A stretch of DNA of 64,000 bases from an uncultured delta proteobacterium (lineage in GTDB: Bacteria; Desulfobacterota; Binatia; UBA9968). Made by a program: the position numbers and the translations under genes. Each line of letters starts with the position of its first letter. Positions within the stretch are counted from its first letter, which is position 1. Under the pieces are notes generated by a model, which saw only the letters and a program-made list of their open reading frames with translations, had not been told where the DNA came from and did not search any database. Shown piece by piece: positions 41,674-51,513 of this stretch. The DNA is taken from assembly GCA_963804165.1 (NCBI GenBank), contig CAWDPO010000024.1, forward strand, positions 96,001 through 160,000, given 5' to 3'.

Positions 41674-42841
41674 TTAAATACTTAACCGTGTAAGTATTTC
41701 ACTAGCCCTCTGCTCCCAAGTGTAACTTTGAACATCCCTCGTCGCCTGTTTCGCTAGTCTTTGTGCTACAGCATTATTCTCGAGAAGAGAGTGAATTCCC
41801 TGTGCTAGAGCGCTGGGGTCGTCCGGTTTTACCAGCCACGCGCTTTCTCCATGCCGGATAACTTCGCGATGGGACGGCAAATCACTTGCAACTATCGGCA
41901 CCCCTGCCGCCATATATTCGAAAAGCTTCAGAGGCGAAGTATAATATCTGGAGTGGACGGATTTCATTGAATGTGGCAGCGCCAGCACATCCGCGGCCTT
42001 TTGAAACAAGAGAGCATCCGAATGCGACTTGAATCCTGTTAACGTTACATTATTCCCGTCAACTTCCCGGAGCACTCGTTGCAACGGCTCCTTCGTCTGG
42101 TGGCGCGTCACCCACAATAACAATACCAATACCGTTCAGCATCGGGGCTGCTCTTACTAGAACTATCAACACCCTTCTCACCGGAAAGCTTCCCGGTGTA
42201 AACAACCAGCGGCTTATCCAAAGGTAGGCCAAGTCTTTGTCTTGCTTCTTTTTTAGTCATTGAGCAGCTCAACGTGTCGAGTTCTACGCCGTCGTGGAGC
42301 GTCAACAGCTTATCAGAGGGGACGTGCACTTGGCTTTCCAGATCTGCTCGCAAGTGCTCTGTAACCGCCAGCACAAGTTTAACGCTGGTTTGCTGAGATG
42401 CCCAACGGATGAATATCCGCTCGTGTCCCTTCGGCATCTCATGTATCTCAAGTACCGTAGGCAAGCCTCGTCGTCCTAGCCACCAGGCAATCATAGGCTC
42501 TCTGACGAAAAAAGAGATCGACCTTCGATTTTGAGATCAAATGACTCACTATTCCGCACCAGACAAAAGCATGAAGAAACGAAGGGAGAAGATCTTAACT
42601 TCTCCAATTTAAAACTTTTGCTTATAGGAAAAACCGCTCGCGGCAACGGTTTCAGCATGATCTGTGGCTTCGAATCATCGAAGCGAAGCGGATCATTTTT
42701 GGCGTAAGGGGAAGGTATGTAATATAAGGTGGTTTGAAAACCTAGCTTTGCAAATGCATGTCCCATGGAAATGGTTTGCAATCCATTTGCCTGCCGGGTC
42801 GGTAACCAGCCGGTTCTTAAAATCACTACAGACCCTGCCAT
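41674..42841 (-). CDS. GT4 glycosyltransferase, frameshifted
   Basis: ANGLQT, EIHE, VYTGKL..KGV, TSPLKLFEYMAAGVPIVASDLP. Confidence 0.85.
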
Positions 42842-42889
42842 TCCTGTTGCCTCAGAACTAAAGCATCGTCTCTCTGGTAAGCTCGAGAG

Positions 42890-43976
42890 TTACCGCGATT
42901 TTTTCTCTACTAACCGGGCGAAAAGGTCGACCAGTTTCGTGGCAAGACCGTCGAGGCTGTGCAGCTTCATCACCTGTTCCCTCAGATACTGTCCAATGCG
43001 TTGCGTTTCGGTATCGGTCAAAGATAATGCCCAGCGCAGGCGGGCAGCGAGACTCTCCGCGTCTCCGTGGCGGAAAAGCAGCAGGTCCGCGTACCTGCCG
43101 AATGTATCTCGAAAGCCTTCATTTGCAGCTACACAAAGCTTCCCGCAACTCATCGCTTCCCACGCGACTTTGTCGCCGAAACCGGTCGGCGTCAGATTCA
43201 CATAGACCGCGCAACGCCGGTACCAGAACGGGAGCTTTTCCATGGAAACCGCGGGCTCGAACTTAACAATATTTTCCAATCCTAACTCGCTAATCTGTTG
43301 ATGAAGCAATCGGACATAGGACTCGTCACGAGGAGCGGCAGGCCCTCCGACAATCACGACTCGGAAAAGTTGGTCAGAAGTTTGTCGCAAGAGCCAAGCT
43401 GCCTTAAGGAGGGTCGGGTGATCTTTGACCGGCGACAGCCGGCCTACACAAAGGATCATAGGGTGGAGCTCCGGGGATGTCTCCCCAGTCGGGTGAGAAC
43501 AGCTCTGTGTCAATGCCCTGCCCAATCGCAATCAATTTGTCGCGCTTATACGGATAAGCTGTCGGGAAGCTCGCAACCATGTGAGTCGAGAAACGAGTGA
43601 GCCACCTTTAAAATCGGCGTCACTGCTCGGATGTGCATACCAGGTCACGATCGGGATCCTTTTAGGTCTCAATACGGGTGCCGCCAGTACCGTAAAAAGC
43701 GTTATCATATGCGAGAAGCATGCATCGATACGGTCTTCCCGTAAAACGCGAAAAAGCAACCGATAGAACTCGAAAGCTCGCCGCGGCTCACTGTAGCCTT
43801 TCTCCTTACCCACTGAGTAAACTCGCACGTTGCCTGGCACCTCGAGTCGGCCCACTCGCATGGTGATGACATGGATGAACTCCACCCGCTTCGCCAGGGC
43901 ACCGAATCCAGCGCGTCGTAAAGCCCAGAAGCGGGTCATCGGCATCAGTTGCCAGGTTAAACAGTAGAATGCGCAT
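42890..43976 (-). CDS. GT4 glycosyltransferase, frameshifted
   Basis: MRILLFNLATDADDP start; WYAH; VGRLSPVKDH; GFGDKVAWEAMSCG. Confidence 0.83.
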
Positions 43977-45153
43977 GTTGGCTCCCCTCGTCAGCCAGCA
44001 GACCCCGAGCTATAGCAAACAACTCGCGATAGCCTCCCATGTAGGTTTCCGTCGAAAAAATTTGCTCGGCGGCTACACGAGCCCGTTTTCCCATCGCCTG
44101 CGCTTCCAAGGGATTTTCCAATAGCCAGTGGATTTTCTCAGCGAGAGACAACGCATCACCCGGGGGCACGAGGAAACCCGTAACCCCATCTTCGATCATG
44201 TCTGGAATGCCGCCGACCGAGCTGCCGATAACCGGGGTTCCGCTTGCCATGGCTTCAAAGACCACACGCCCCAGTCCTTCCGACACGGAAGGCAAGACAA
44301 AGACGCTCGCTCGCCGCATCCACGTTGCCAACTCAGCTTGTGACATGGCACCGATGAACTGCACACGCCCATCCACACCCAGTCGCTTGACCTGTTCTTT
44401 CAACTCGGCGGCGTAGGTCTTGTTTTCCTCATGTCCCACTAGGAGCAAACGGGTTTGAAGGAAATCCTTCGCAACGTGGGCGAAGGCGTCAATGAGGTGA
44501 TGCACACCTTTGCGTGGTATGAGGACACCGGTGTAAAGAATGTCCGGACTCCGAATATCCTCATTGACGCCGGCGGCAAGAAAAGCGTCCATATCCGTCC
44601 AAGCGGGAAATTGAACGATGGGCCGTCCCGGCATCCAATTCTCCAGTTGGCGTCGAGTGGAGTCAGAAATAGTCCGAAACACGTCAGCATGTTTGATAGC
44701 GAAATGGGCTGCTCGCCGCATGAGTGAGCGATACAGCCGTGGCAGCAGCACACGGCGCTGCATAAATAAGCTTTCTTCAAAATCACCGTGGCTTTCTACG
44801 ATAAGCACGACCTTGTGTCCGAACCAATGGCAAATTTTCTTTGCCAAGGCAGCGGCAAAACCTTCGTACGGGCTTTGGGCCACAAGAACCTGCACTCCAT
44901 GCCGCGCAACAACCCACAAGGCGAGGGGGACCCCCAACAAAAGCATCTCGGCATATCTAAACGGCGCAAAGCGCAATGTCGGCAGAAGATAAAACTTTGC
45001 GTGTTCGGTAAACCAACGGGGCCCCAACTCTCCAGAGAAACCGATGACGAAGATTTCGCCCAAAGACTTTATGGACCTAAACTTCTTCTCATTGGTTGCG
45101 TCGAGCGGACTGCTGTAACGGGCGCCGCCAAGAAAGCAAACTTTACTACTCAT
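43957..45153 (-). CDS. GT4 glycosyltransferase
   Basis: LYTGVLIPRKGV, LPSVSEGLGRVVFEAMASGTPVI. Confidence 0.92.
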   Translation of the reverse strand: MSSKVCFLGGARYSSPLDATNEKKFRSIKSLGEIFVIGFSGELGPRWFTEHAKFYLLPTLRFAPFRYAEMLLLGVPLALWVVARHGVQVLVAQSPYEGFAAALAKKICHWFGHKVVLIVESHGDFEESLFMQRRVLLPRLYRSLMRRAAHFAIKHADVFRTISDSTRRQLENWMPGRPIVQFPAWTDMDAFLAAGVNEDIRSPDILYTGVLIPRKGVHHLIDAFAHVAKDFLQTRLLLVGHEENKTYAAELKEQVKRLGVDGRVQFIGAMSQAELATWMRRASVFVLPSVSEGLGRVVFEAMASGTPVIGSSVGGIPDMIEDGVTGFLVPPGDALSLAEKIHWLLENPLEAQAMGKRARVAAEQIFSTETYMGGYRELFAIARGLLADEGSQHAHSTV

Positions 45154-45201
45154 ACATCACCGATCAGACGGAGCTCCTTTGTCGGCAGCCGGTACACACC
45201 C

Positions 45202-46234
45202 TCATCTTGCGAGATTCCATGAGCGACGGCGTGCCAAGCCTGTCAGTATCGCTGCAGGGGACAAAAGCCGATAATTGAGCTGCAGCGCGCGTTTGAATAG
45301 CAACAAAAACTCCAGACCGCTGAATCGCAACGCTTGCAATGCCAAACATCCCATTTTCTTTGCGGCATCCCATGAGATTTCATTCAGCTCTTCAGATGCC
45401 AGTGCGTGCTGCGACACGAAACGATAGTACAATTTTTCGAGCAGGGCCGCGGTCAAATGAATTTCTCCTAAACTCTCCAACTTCGTCCCGCGCAATCCAA
45501 CCACGGCCTCGATGGAAGTGTTCTCCTGCAAAAAGTCGCTTATGAATGGAGCCAGCACTTTGTTCGGAGCCTCCCGGTACTCTCGGCTAAGACGTTTGGA
45601 GATGTTTTTACCCGAGATTCTATATTTGAAGAGGATCTCCGGTGTGTTGCTAAATTCAGTGATCGCGCTCGCCCGCAACCAGAGGTCCCAATCGTCGGCA
45701 TGAACTGCCTCGGCTCGATAGAAATTGACTTTCTCGAGTATTTCGCGACGCATCAAAACCGTCGGATGGATCACACACACCCTGAAAAAGAGATTCCATT
45801 TTAGCACGTTCGGGTTTGGAGGCAGGCACCACTCCCCTCTCAGTGAACCACGCTCGTCAATTCTATTGGCCCATGTCCCGACAATTCCGATCTCCTGATG
45901 TTTTTCAAGAAACTCGAGCTGTCTCGCAAACCGATGAGGCAAGCTAATGTCGTCCGCATCCATCCGGGCGATGAACTGACCCTGCGCCATCCGACAACCT
46001 CGGTTTAACGCACCGATCACGCCCTGGTTTTCTTGCCGATACACTCTTACCCGGCCATCGGCTTTCGCGTATTTCTCGAGAATACTGGCGGTAGTCGTCC
46101 GTGGATCCGTCATCAACGATGATGAACTCGAAGTCTCGAAACGTCTGGTCTAGGATGCTGCATACAGCCTCATCGAGAAACGCCGCCGCATTGAATGCCG
46201 GCATCACGACGCTAACAGTAGGAGTAGGAGTCAT
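45202..46234 (-). CDS. GT2 glycosyltransferase, frameshift near 46095
   Basis: [41 protein letters not shown]. Confidence 0.88.
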
Positions 46235-46339
46235 ACCCGTTAACTCGTCTTTAAGTATCGAGCTATCGCAAGAAGAAACGGTGGCAGCCATCCCGATGGT
46301 GGCTGGCGCGGCAATCCAACCGCAATAGAGTTGACGTCA

Positions 46340-47455
46340 TTATCGAGGGATATAGAGACCGTTTCCGTTTTGCCCAACAACGACTTCCTGCGCCGTCTCC
46401 ACTTCGCTACGGAGATAGCCGATAAATCTTTCTACAACAGCGCAAATGGCATGGGTGGGCACTGTGCCGAGCGGCTGTAGTCTTCCCCGCCGTTGCATAT
46501 CGAGATACTCTCTGCTCTGACGCACCGCCTCTTCTTCTGCTAGACGATAAAGCACCGTTGCGCTCGGACAATAAAAAGGCAGCCAATTGGCTGTGCCGTG
46601 ATGAGCGGCAACAATTACGCGCGCGCGGAGAAAGCAAGCCAGATGGGTAATTCCCGTATCGGTGCCGATGAAAAACTCAGCCAATTGTATGAAAGCCGCG
46701 ATTTCCCGCGCGGAACAACCTATCGCGTTGATGATTCTTTCTTTTTGTTCGATTCCATTCCTGATTTCTTCAAGCCAATTTCTTTCGGCGCTACTGCCGG
46801 AAAGAACCACATGCATTTCAGGATTTCGTCTAAGCACGTGCTCGATCACCTCTCGCGCAGCTTGAACGGTAAAAGCTCGTTTAGGATTTGAACCACCTGG
46901 ATGAAAAACTATATAAGGCCTGTGATCCAGGCCGCACGCCTGAATGGGTTTAAAATCGGCAGTGATCGTTAAGTTGGGAACTTGAACGAGGACGGGAATC
47001 CCGAGCGCACGGACGATATTTTGAATGTTCTCGCTGTAAAGTTGATTGGTATCGTAAACGAGTGTTTTGGAATAGAGCGCCTTGCAGAGCGGCCCTTTAT
47101 CTTGAAATCCTATAAACTCGGTTCCAGAGGATCGGCTCATCAACCATCCGAGTGCCTTTATCCTAAAAGGAATTTTACCGGGGGTGGGTTGGATAATGAC
47201 CAGGTTAGGGTGTCGCATCCTTTTGACCATCTGCCCCCAACCGCTGCGCCGCGAAACTTCCATTGCCGAAATATACGGATATGCCCCGATGAGGCCCCGC
47301 AGAAAATTCAAGTTTTTCGGCACGACGATGGTGCTGTGATCGACGTACCCGGATTTCTGAAGTAATTCCGCAAGGAAAATAAACATCAAGAAATCGCCGA
47401 TAGACCCGTTTTGAAAAAGAATGGCGGTCTTGAGTTTCTTCGCTGATCGATTCAT
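46340..47455 (-). CDS. GT9 (heptosyltransferase-like) glycosyltransferase
   Basis: SIGDFLM, FHPGGS..KR, FIGTDTGITHLA. Confidence 0.85.
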   Translation of the reverse strand: MNRSAKKLKTAILFQNGSIGDFLMFIFLAELLQKSGYVDHSTIVVPKNLNFLRGLIGAYPYISAMEVSRRSGWGQMVKRMRHPNLVIIQPTPGKIPFRIKALGWLMSRSSGTEFIGFQDKGPLCKALYSKTLVYDTNQLYSENIQNIVRALGIPVLVQVPNLTITADFKPIQACGLDHRPYIVFHPGGSNPKRAFTVQAAREVIEHVLRRNPEMHVVLSGSSAERNWLEEIRNGIEQKERIINAIGCSAREIAAFIQLAEFFIGTDTGITHLACFLRARVIVAAHHGTANWLPFYCPSATVLYRLAEEEAVRQSREYLDMQRRGRLQPLGTVPTHAICAVVERFIGYLRSEVETAQEVVVGQNGNGLYIPR

Positions 47456-47505
47456 ATCGGCATCACTTCTTGATCTCGACTACGACTTGGTTGCGTGCGC
47501 AACAT

Positions 47506-48486
47506 TCAAAACCTTCCTGAGAGCACTCTTCCTCGCGTTGCCGAGTGCACAAGGGCCTGGCCTTCTCGTAACCCGGTATAACGCCCAACCTCCTGGACAA
47601 TTATGCTCGGTAAGCCAACCGTCAACGTGCCAACTCGTTGTCTCCACGTTGCTCCATACAGCAATCCGCGCAAAGCTTGCTTACACACTCGCCAAAGAAC
47701 TTCGCCGTGAGACGGAACCGGGAGTTCCAGAAAATTAGCGAAGCCCACATACTCCCGATGATTGCGGTACCAAATTTGCCGAAGCGTCTCATGATGATAA
47801 TGCCATACCAATGCTTGACCGTCGTGAACAATAGTGTATCCAGCCTTTAACACTCGCCACGCCCACTCCTTATCCTCTGTATAGGGAAGTAACTCATCAA
47901 ACGCGTAGAGCCGCCAAAGATCCGCCCGAATCGCCGCATTGCCATTGCACAATCCAAAATTGTAGTTGCGCAGAAACATCTCTAAGTCCTGCCGCACGAC
48001 ACGTTCTCTAGGCTGACTCATCTTGTTCCGGGTCTCTTTACCCCACACAGCCGCAACATTGGCGTCATCGAAATGACTTATTAAGCATCCAAGCCAATTC
48101 GCGGTCAGGGGAACGGCATGCGCACTGACAAAAACCAGGAATTCTCCCTGGGCGGCGCTACAGCCGATATTCAATGCCCTGCCGAAAGTAAATTCTTCCG
48201 GCCGAATCTCGATAATTTTGAGCGGAAACTTTCTGGCAATTTCGAGGGTTCGATCCGTTGATCCAGAATCCACAAGGATGACTTCAACGTCACGAACTGT
48301 CTGTTCATAGACGGCGGTCAACACCTCCCCGATTAAAGCCTCTTCGTTCTTGGCTCTGATGATTATGGAAGCTACAGGACTTCGACTTACTTTTACCTGG
48401 TCTTTATCTCGAAATGTCTGACCCACAATACTGCTAACCGCCTCGTCCAAATGAGCCGCAGCGCCCAGTGTCTTGATCATTTTCAT
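47506..48486 (-). CDS. GT2-fold glycosyltransferase, DxD replaced by SAH
   Basis: SIIIRAKNEE, VDSGSTD, FTFGRALNIG, FVSAHAVP, NGNAAIR, EDKEWA; ATGA overlap with the SDR gene. Confidence 0.88.
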   Translation of the reverse strand: MKMIKTLGAAAHLDEAVSSIVGQTFRDKDQVKVSRSPVASIIIRAKNEEALIGEVLTAVYEQTVRDVEVILVDSGSTDRTLEIARKFPLKIIEIRPEEFTFGRALNIGCSAAQGEFLVFVSAHAVPLTANWLGCLISHFDDANVAAVWGKETRNKMSQPRERVVRQDLEMFLRNYNFGLCNGNAAIRADLWRLYAFDELLPYTEDKEWAWRVLKAGYTIVHDGQALVWHYHHETLRQIWYRNHREYVGFANFLELPVPSHGEVLWRVCKQALRGLLYGATWRQRVGTLTVGLPSIIVQEVGRYTGLREGQALVHSATRGRVLSGRF

Positions 48487-49232
48487 TCCGTGCTCAATTT
48501 CACCGTCGCTCCCCCGTCGATGACTAACGCTTGCCCGGTCATAAAGGACGAGCGCTCATCGTCAGCGAGAAAGAGGACCGCCTGCGCAATTTCCTCTGGA
48601 GTTCCGACACGCCCCATGAGATGTCGCGCGGCAAGTTGCTCTGTCAGCTCACGCACGTTGCCACTCTCGCCCCTTCCCCGATTCAGGCCTGCGTGCAACA
48701 TAGGAGTGTTTACGGCACCGGGAAGCACGGCGTTGACGCGGATGTGATCCGGTGCCAATTCAATGGCCAGCGCCCGCGTTAAAGCTACGACGGCGCCTTT
48801 ACTCGCAGCATACGCGGCGATGTTAGCTGAAGTGGCAACTGCGTGTACTGAACTGACGTTCACGATGGCACCGCCGTGGCCGCGCATGAGCGGATAGGCG
48901 TGACGGACGGACAGATAGACCGAGCGTACGTTGGACGCCATCACGGCGTCCCACTCATCAGGCGTGGTCTCGATCAGCGGCTTGCAGATCTGGATAGCCG
49001 CGTTATTGACCAGAGCGTCAATGCGCCCTTCACCCTTCGCCACTTCGGCAAAGATCTGTTGCGACGCAGCGGTATCGGAAAGGTCAGCATGGATGAAATG
49101 ATGAATACCGGGTAGCGAATCGACTTGACGCCGATCAACGCCAATGACGCGCCAACCGGCCTTGTCAAATGTTTGTGCAGTAGCGCTGCCGATCCCGCCG
49201 GACACTCCGGTTATCAGGACCACGTTGCTCAC
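48483..49232 (-). CDS. Short-chain dehydrogenase/reductase (classical SDR)
   Basis: TGVSGGIG, VNNAA, NVSSVH, YAASKG, RVNAVLPG. Confidence 0.93.
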   Translation of the reverse strand: MSNVVLITGVSGGIGSATAQTFDKAGWRVIGVDRRQVDSLPGIHHFIHADLSDTAASQQIFAEVAKGEGRIDALVNNAAIQICKPLIETTPDEWDAVMASNVRSVYLSVRHAYPLMRGHGGAIVNVSSVHAVATSANIAAYAASKGAVVALTRALAIELAPDHIRVNAVLPGAVNTPMLHAGLNRGRGESGNVRELTEQLAARHLMGRVGTPEEIAQAVLFLADDERSSFMTGQALVIDGGATVKLSTE

Positions 49233-50173
49233 GAGCCCGATCCGCCCAGTCCGTCCAGCAAGTTACGAATGGCCAGTTCGTTGACGCGCATCACGGCTTC
49301 AATCGTGTTTGAGCTGTTGTGCGAACCGAAGATACAGTTATCCAGTTCCCGCAATGGACTGCTCAGGGGAAGCGGCTCTTCCTCAAATACATCCAGGGCA
49401 GCCCCCGCTACTTTTCCTTGTCCGATCGCCTGAGCTAGAGCCCTCTCGTCAATGAGCTTTCCCCGAGCCGTGTTAATGACATAAACGCCGGTCTTCATCC
49501 GGCTGAACTCCCGTTCTCCGAGCATGTGATAGTTCAAAGGCGTGAGATTACAGTTCAGCGAGATGAAATCAGCAACCGCCAGAAGCTCGTCCAGAGTTAC
49601 CATCCGGACCTTAGTTTCCTGCGCAAGGGCTGCCGGAACCGAAGCAACATCGTGTCCGACGCAGGTCATTCCGATAACGTCTGCGCGTCTGACAACGGCC
49701 TGTCCGATACTGCCCACACCGATCACCCCGAGTGTTTTGCCGTGCAACGAAGTACCCCGAATCCTTCTCCAATCTCCGCTACGCACTCGTTGATTCAACT
49801 CATGCAGCTTTCGAGAAAGTAGAATCATATATCCGAGAACGACATCGGCTACTTCCTCGGCAAAAGCGTTGGGAGTATTGCACACCAGGATACCCAGTCG
49901 TTTGGCGGCGCACTGGTCGATCGCATCCACGCCGATGCCCCATTTCGAAATGACTTTCAGACGCTTTGCCTTTTCCAGCACATTGGCGGTGAAGGGGTCA
50001 TCACCCGCGATTACGCCATCGAACCGGTCAACGATATCGAGCAGTTCCTGCTCCGTCAGCTGCTGGACAACCGCAGGCAACTCGATTTCAATGCCGCGCT
50101 CTTCGAACAGGGAACGGTACGGCTCAATCGTTTCCTGCAGTTGGCGACAGCTAATGAGCACCCGGTATTTCAC
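49229..50173 (-). CDS. D-isomer-specific 2-hydroxyacid dehydrogenase (phosphoglycerate dehydrogenase-like, no ACT domain)
   Basis: KWGIGVDAID, GVIGVGSIG, INTARG, ALDVFEEEP, GSHN. Confidence 0.92.
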   Translation of the reverse strand: MKYRVLISCRQLQETIEPYRSLFEERGIEIELPAVVQQLTEQELLDIVDRFDGVIAGDDPFTANVLEKAKRLKVISKWGIGVDAIDQCAAKRLGILVCNTPNAFAEEVADVVLGYMILLSRKLHELNQRVRSGDWRRIRGTSLHGKTLGVIGVGSIGQAVVRRADVIGMTCVGHDVASVPAALAQETKVRMVTLDELLAVADFISLNCNLTPLNYHMLGEREFSRMKTGVYVINTARGKLIDERALAQAIGQGKVAGAALDVFEEEPLPLSSPLRELDNCIFGSHNSSNTIEAVMRVNELAIRNLLDGLGGSGS

Positions 50174-50850
50174 GACGATTTCTCCCGTTCCCGATACAGA
50201 AACTCGGCGACCCGGAAGTCCTGTTCTTCATCGATATCCCAGCTCTCGATTGAATCGATCTCGAACATGAGCGGCCGTTCGCCGATTCGGTTATGCCGTT
50301 TCTCCAGGTTAGAGCGGGTGAAGAGGTACAGACACGAGTTCTCCTCGTAGATCGGCGGAAGATCTTGGGTGCGTAACAGAACGGCGGGGTTGTGATTGAC
50401 AGCTCTCGCCAAGCCATCCCACAAACGGCTTTGAACTCTCGTAACCGAGAAGAGTGAATCATGGATGGGATACTGATGCAGAAATGACTCGATGGCACGA
50501 GAGATCGTCTCGGATCGCAGCAAGGGATTGGTGCTGTGGGTTTGCAAGTAATAGTCGGCGCTGACCTGCTGCACGTCGTAGAGCAATACGTCGTTCATGG
50601 GCACGCTGCCGCCGCGAAGCGACTCCGGCCGCTCGATCAGTCGGACCTGAGGAAACTGACGGCGCGCATCTTCCATGATGACGGGACTGTCCGTGTTGAT
50701 CAGGACCTGAGAGATCATTGGGCAATCCAGGAGGCTTCGGACGATGCGGCGATAGAGAGGCTCGCCGGCGAAAGCACGATAGTTCTTTCCCGGCACGCGC
50801 TCGCTTTCATGCCGCATAGGAACCAAAGCCGCAACAGAGGCCTGCACCAT
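50170..50850 (-). CDS. Acylneuraminate/Kdo-type cytidylyltransferase (CMP-ulosonate synthetase family)
   Basis: LVPMRHESERVPGKN (PxRxxSxRxxxKN), INTDS, RPESL, HSTNPL, YEENS, DIDEEQDF; ATG at 50850. Confidence 0.9.
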   Translation of the reverse strand: MVQASVAALVPMRHESERVPGKNYRAFAGEPLYRRIVRSLLDCPMISQVLINTDSPVIMEDARRQFPQVRLIERPESLRGGSVPMNDVLLYDVQQVSADYYLQTHSTNPLLRSETISRAIESFLHQYPIHDSLFSVTRVQSRLWDGLARAVNHNPAVLLRTQDLPPIYEENSCLYLFTRSNLEKRHNRIGERPLMFEIDSIESWDIDEEQDFRVAEFLYREREKSS

Positions 50851-50866
50851 TCGCGATCCTCTTTCT

Positions 50867-51511
50867 TCAATCCGTCGGCAACGCACGGAGAACCGCACGT
50901 ACCGGAGCTCCATCGGACCCCATCAGTCGGATAGGCAGACAGATCAGCTCGTATGAGCCCGGCTCCACGGCCGCCAGGTTTAAGCCCTCGACGATGATGA
51001 CGCCCGCTTTCATCAGGATTTGATGTGTCAGCGGATTGTCTTCGTAGCGTTGGACGGAGAGATAATCGATACCGACTAGGCGGATTCCCCGCTCCACAAC
51101 CCAACGCGCCGCATCAGCGGAAAGTGCGACGTAATCCTTTCTGAACTCGGTCACGCCAGCCGCCCAGAGGTCCGAGTTGCGAGTTTTTAAAAGGAGCCGT
51201 TGAATACCAGACGCCAGGTTCAGGTCGGCCAGTTCGTTCGCTGTGATCACACTGGCCTCTGGCAGATAAGCAACTATGGCAGGACCAATGAGTACGTCCA
51301 GAGACATCTCATCGACAGTAAAGCCATCGTTGAGAAAGTGCCAAGGAGCATCCACATGGGTCCCCATGTGCACATCGCAGTCCAGTCGCGATACGTTCGC
51401 CCTGTCTCCCGCTTCCAGCGACATCGTGCGAGTCAATCGAAACCCGACGCTATCGGGCCAGGTCGGCATGTCCGGCTTTAGCGGCAGGGAGATATCAATG
51501 ATGGCCGACAA
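50867..51511 (-). CDS. Cyclase-family (kynurenine formamidase-like) metal hydrolase
   Basis: HMGTHVDAPWH (HxGTHxDxPxH), GIDYLS, IVEGL, DGAPVRA. Confidence 0.9.
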   Translation of the reverse strand: MSAIIDISLPLKPDMPTWPDSVGFRLTRTMSLEAGDRANVSRLDCDVHMGTHVDAPWHFLNDGFTVDEMSLDVLIGPAIVAYLPEASVITANELADLNLASGIQRLLLKTRNSDLWAAGVTEFRKDYVALSADAARWVVERGIRLVGIDYLSVQRYEDNPLTHQILMKAGVIIVEGLNLAAVEPGSYELICLPIRLMGSDGAPVRAVLRALPTD

Positions 51512-51513
51512 GC

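Noticed and set aside
49229-51511. Housekeeping serA and kynB assignments
   Set aside because: No ACT domain on the dehydrogenase and no tryptophan catabolism genes nearby; both are embedded in a glycan operon, so gene symbols were withheld.
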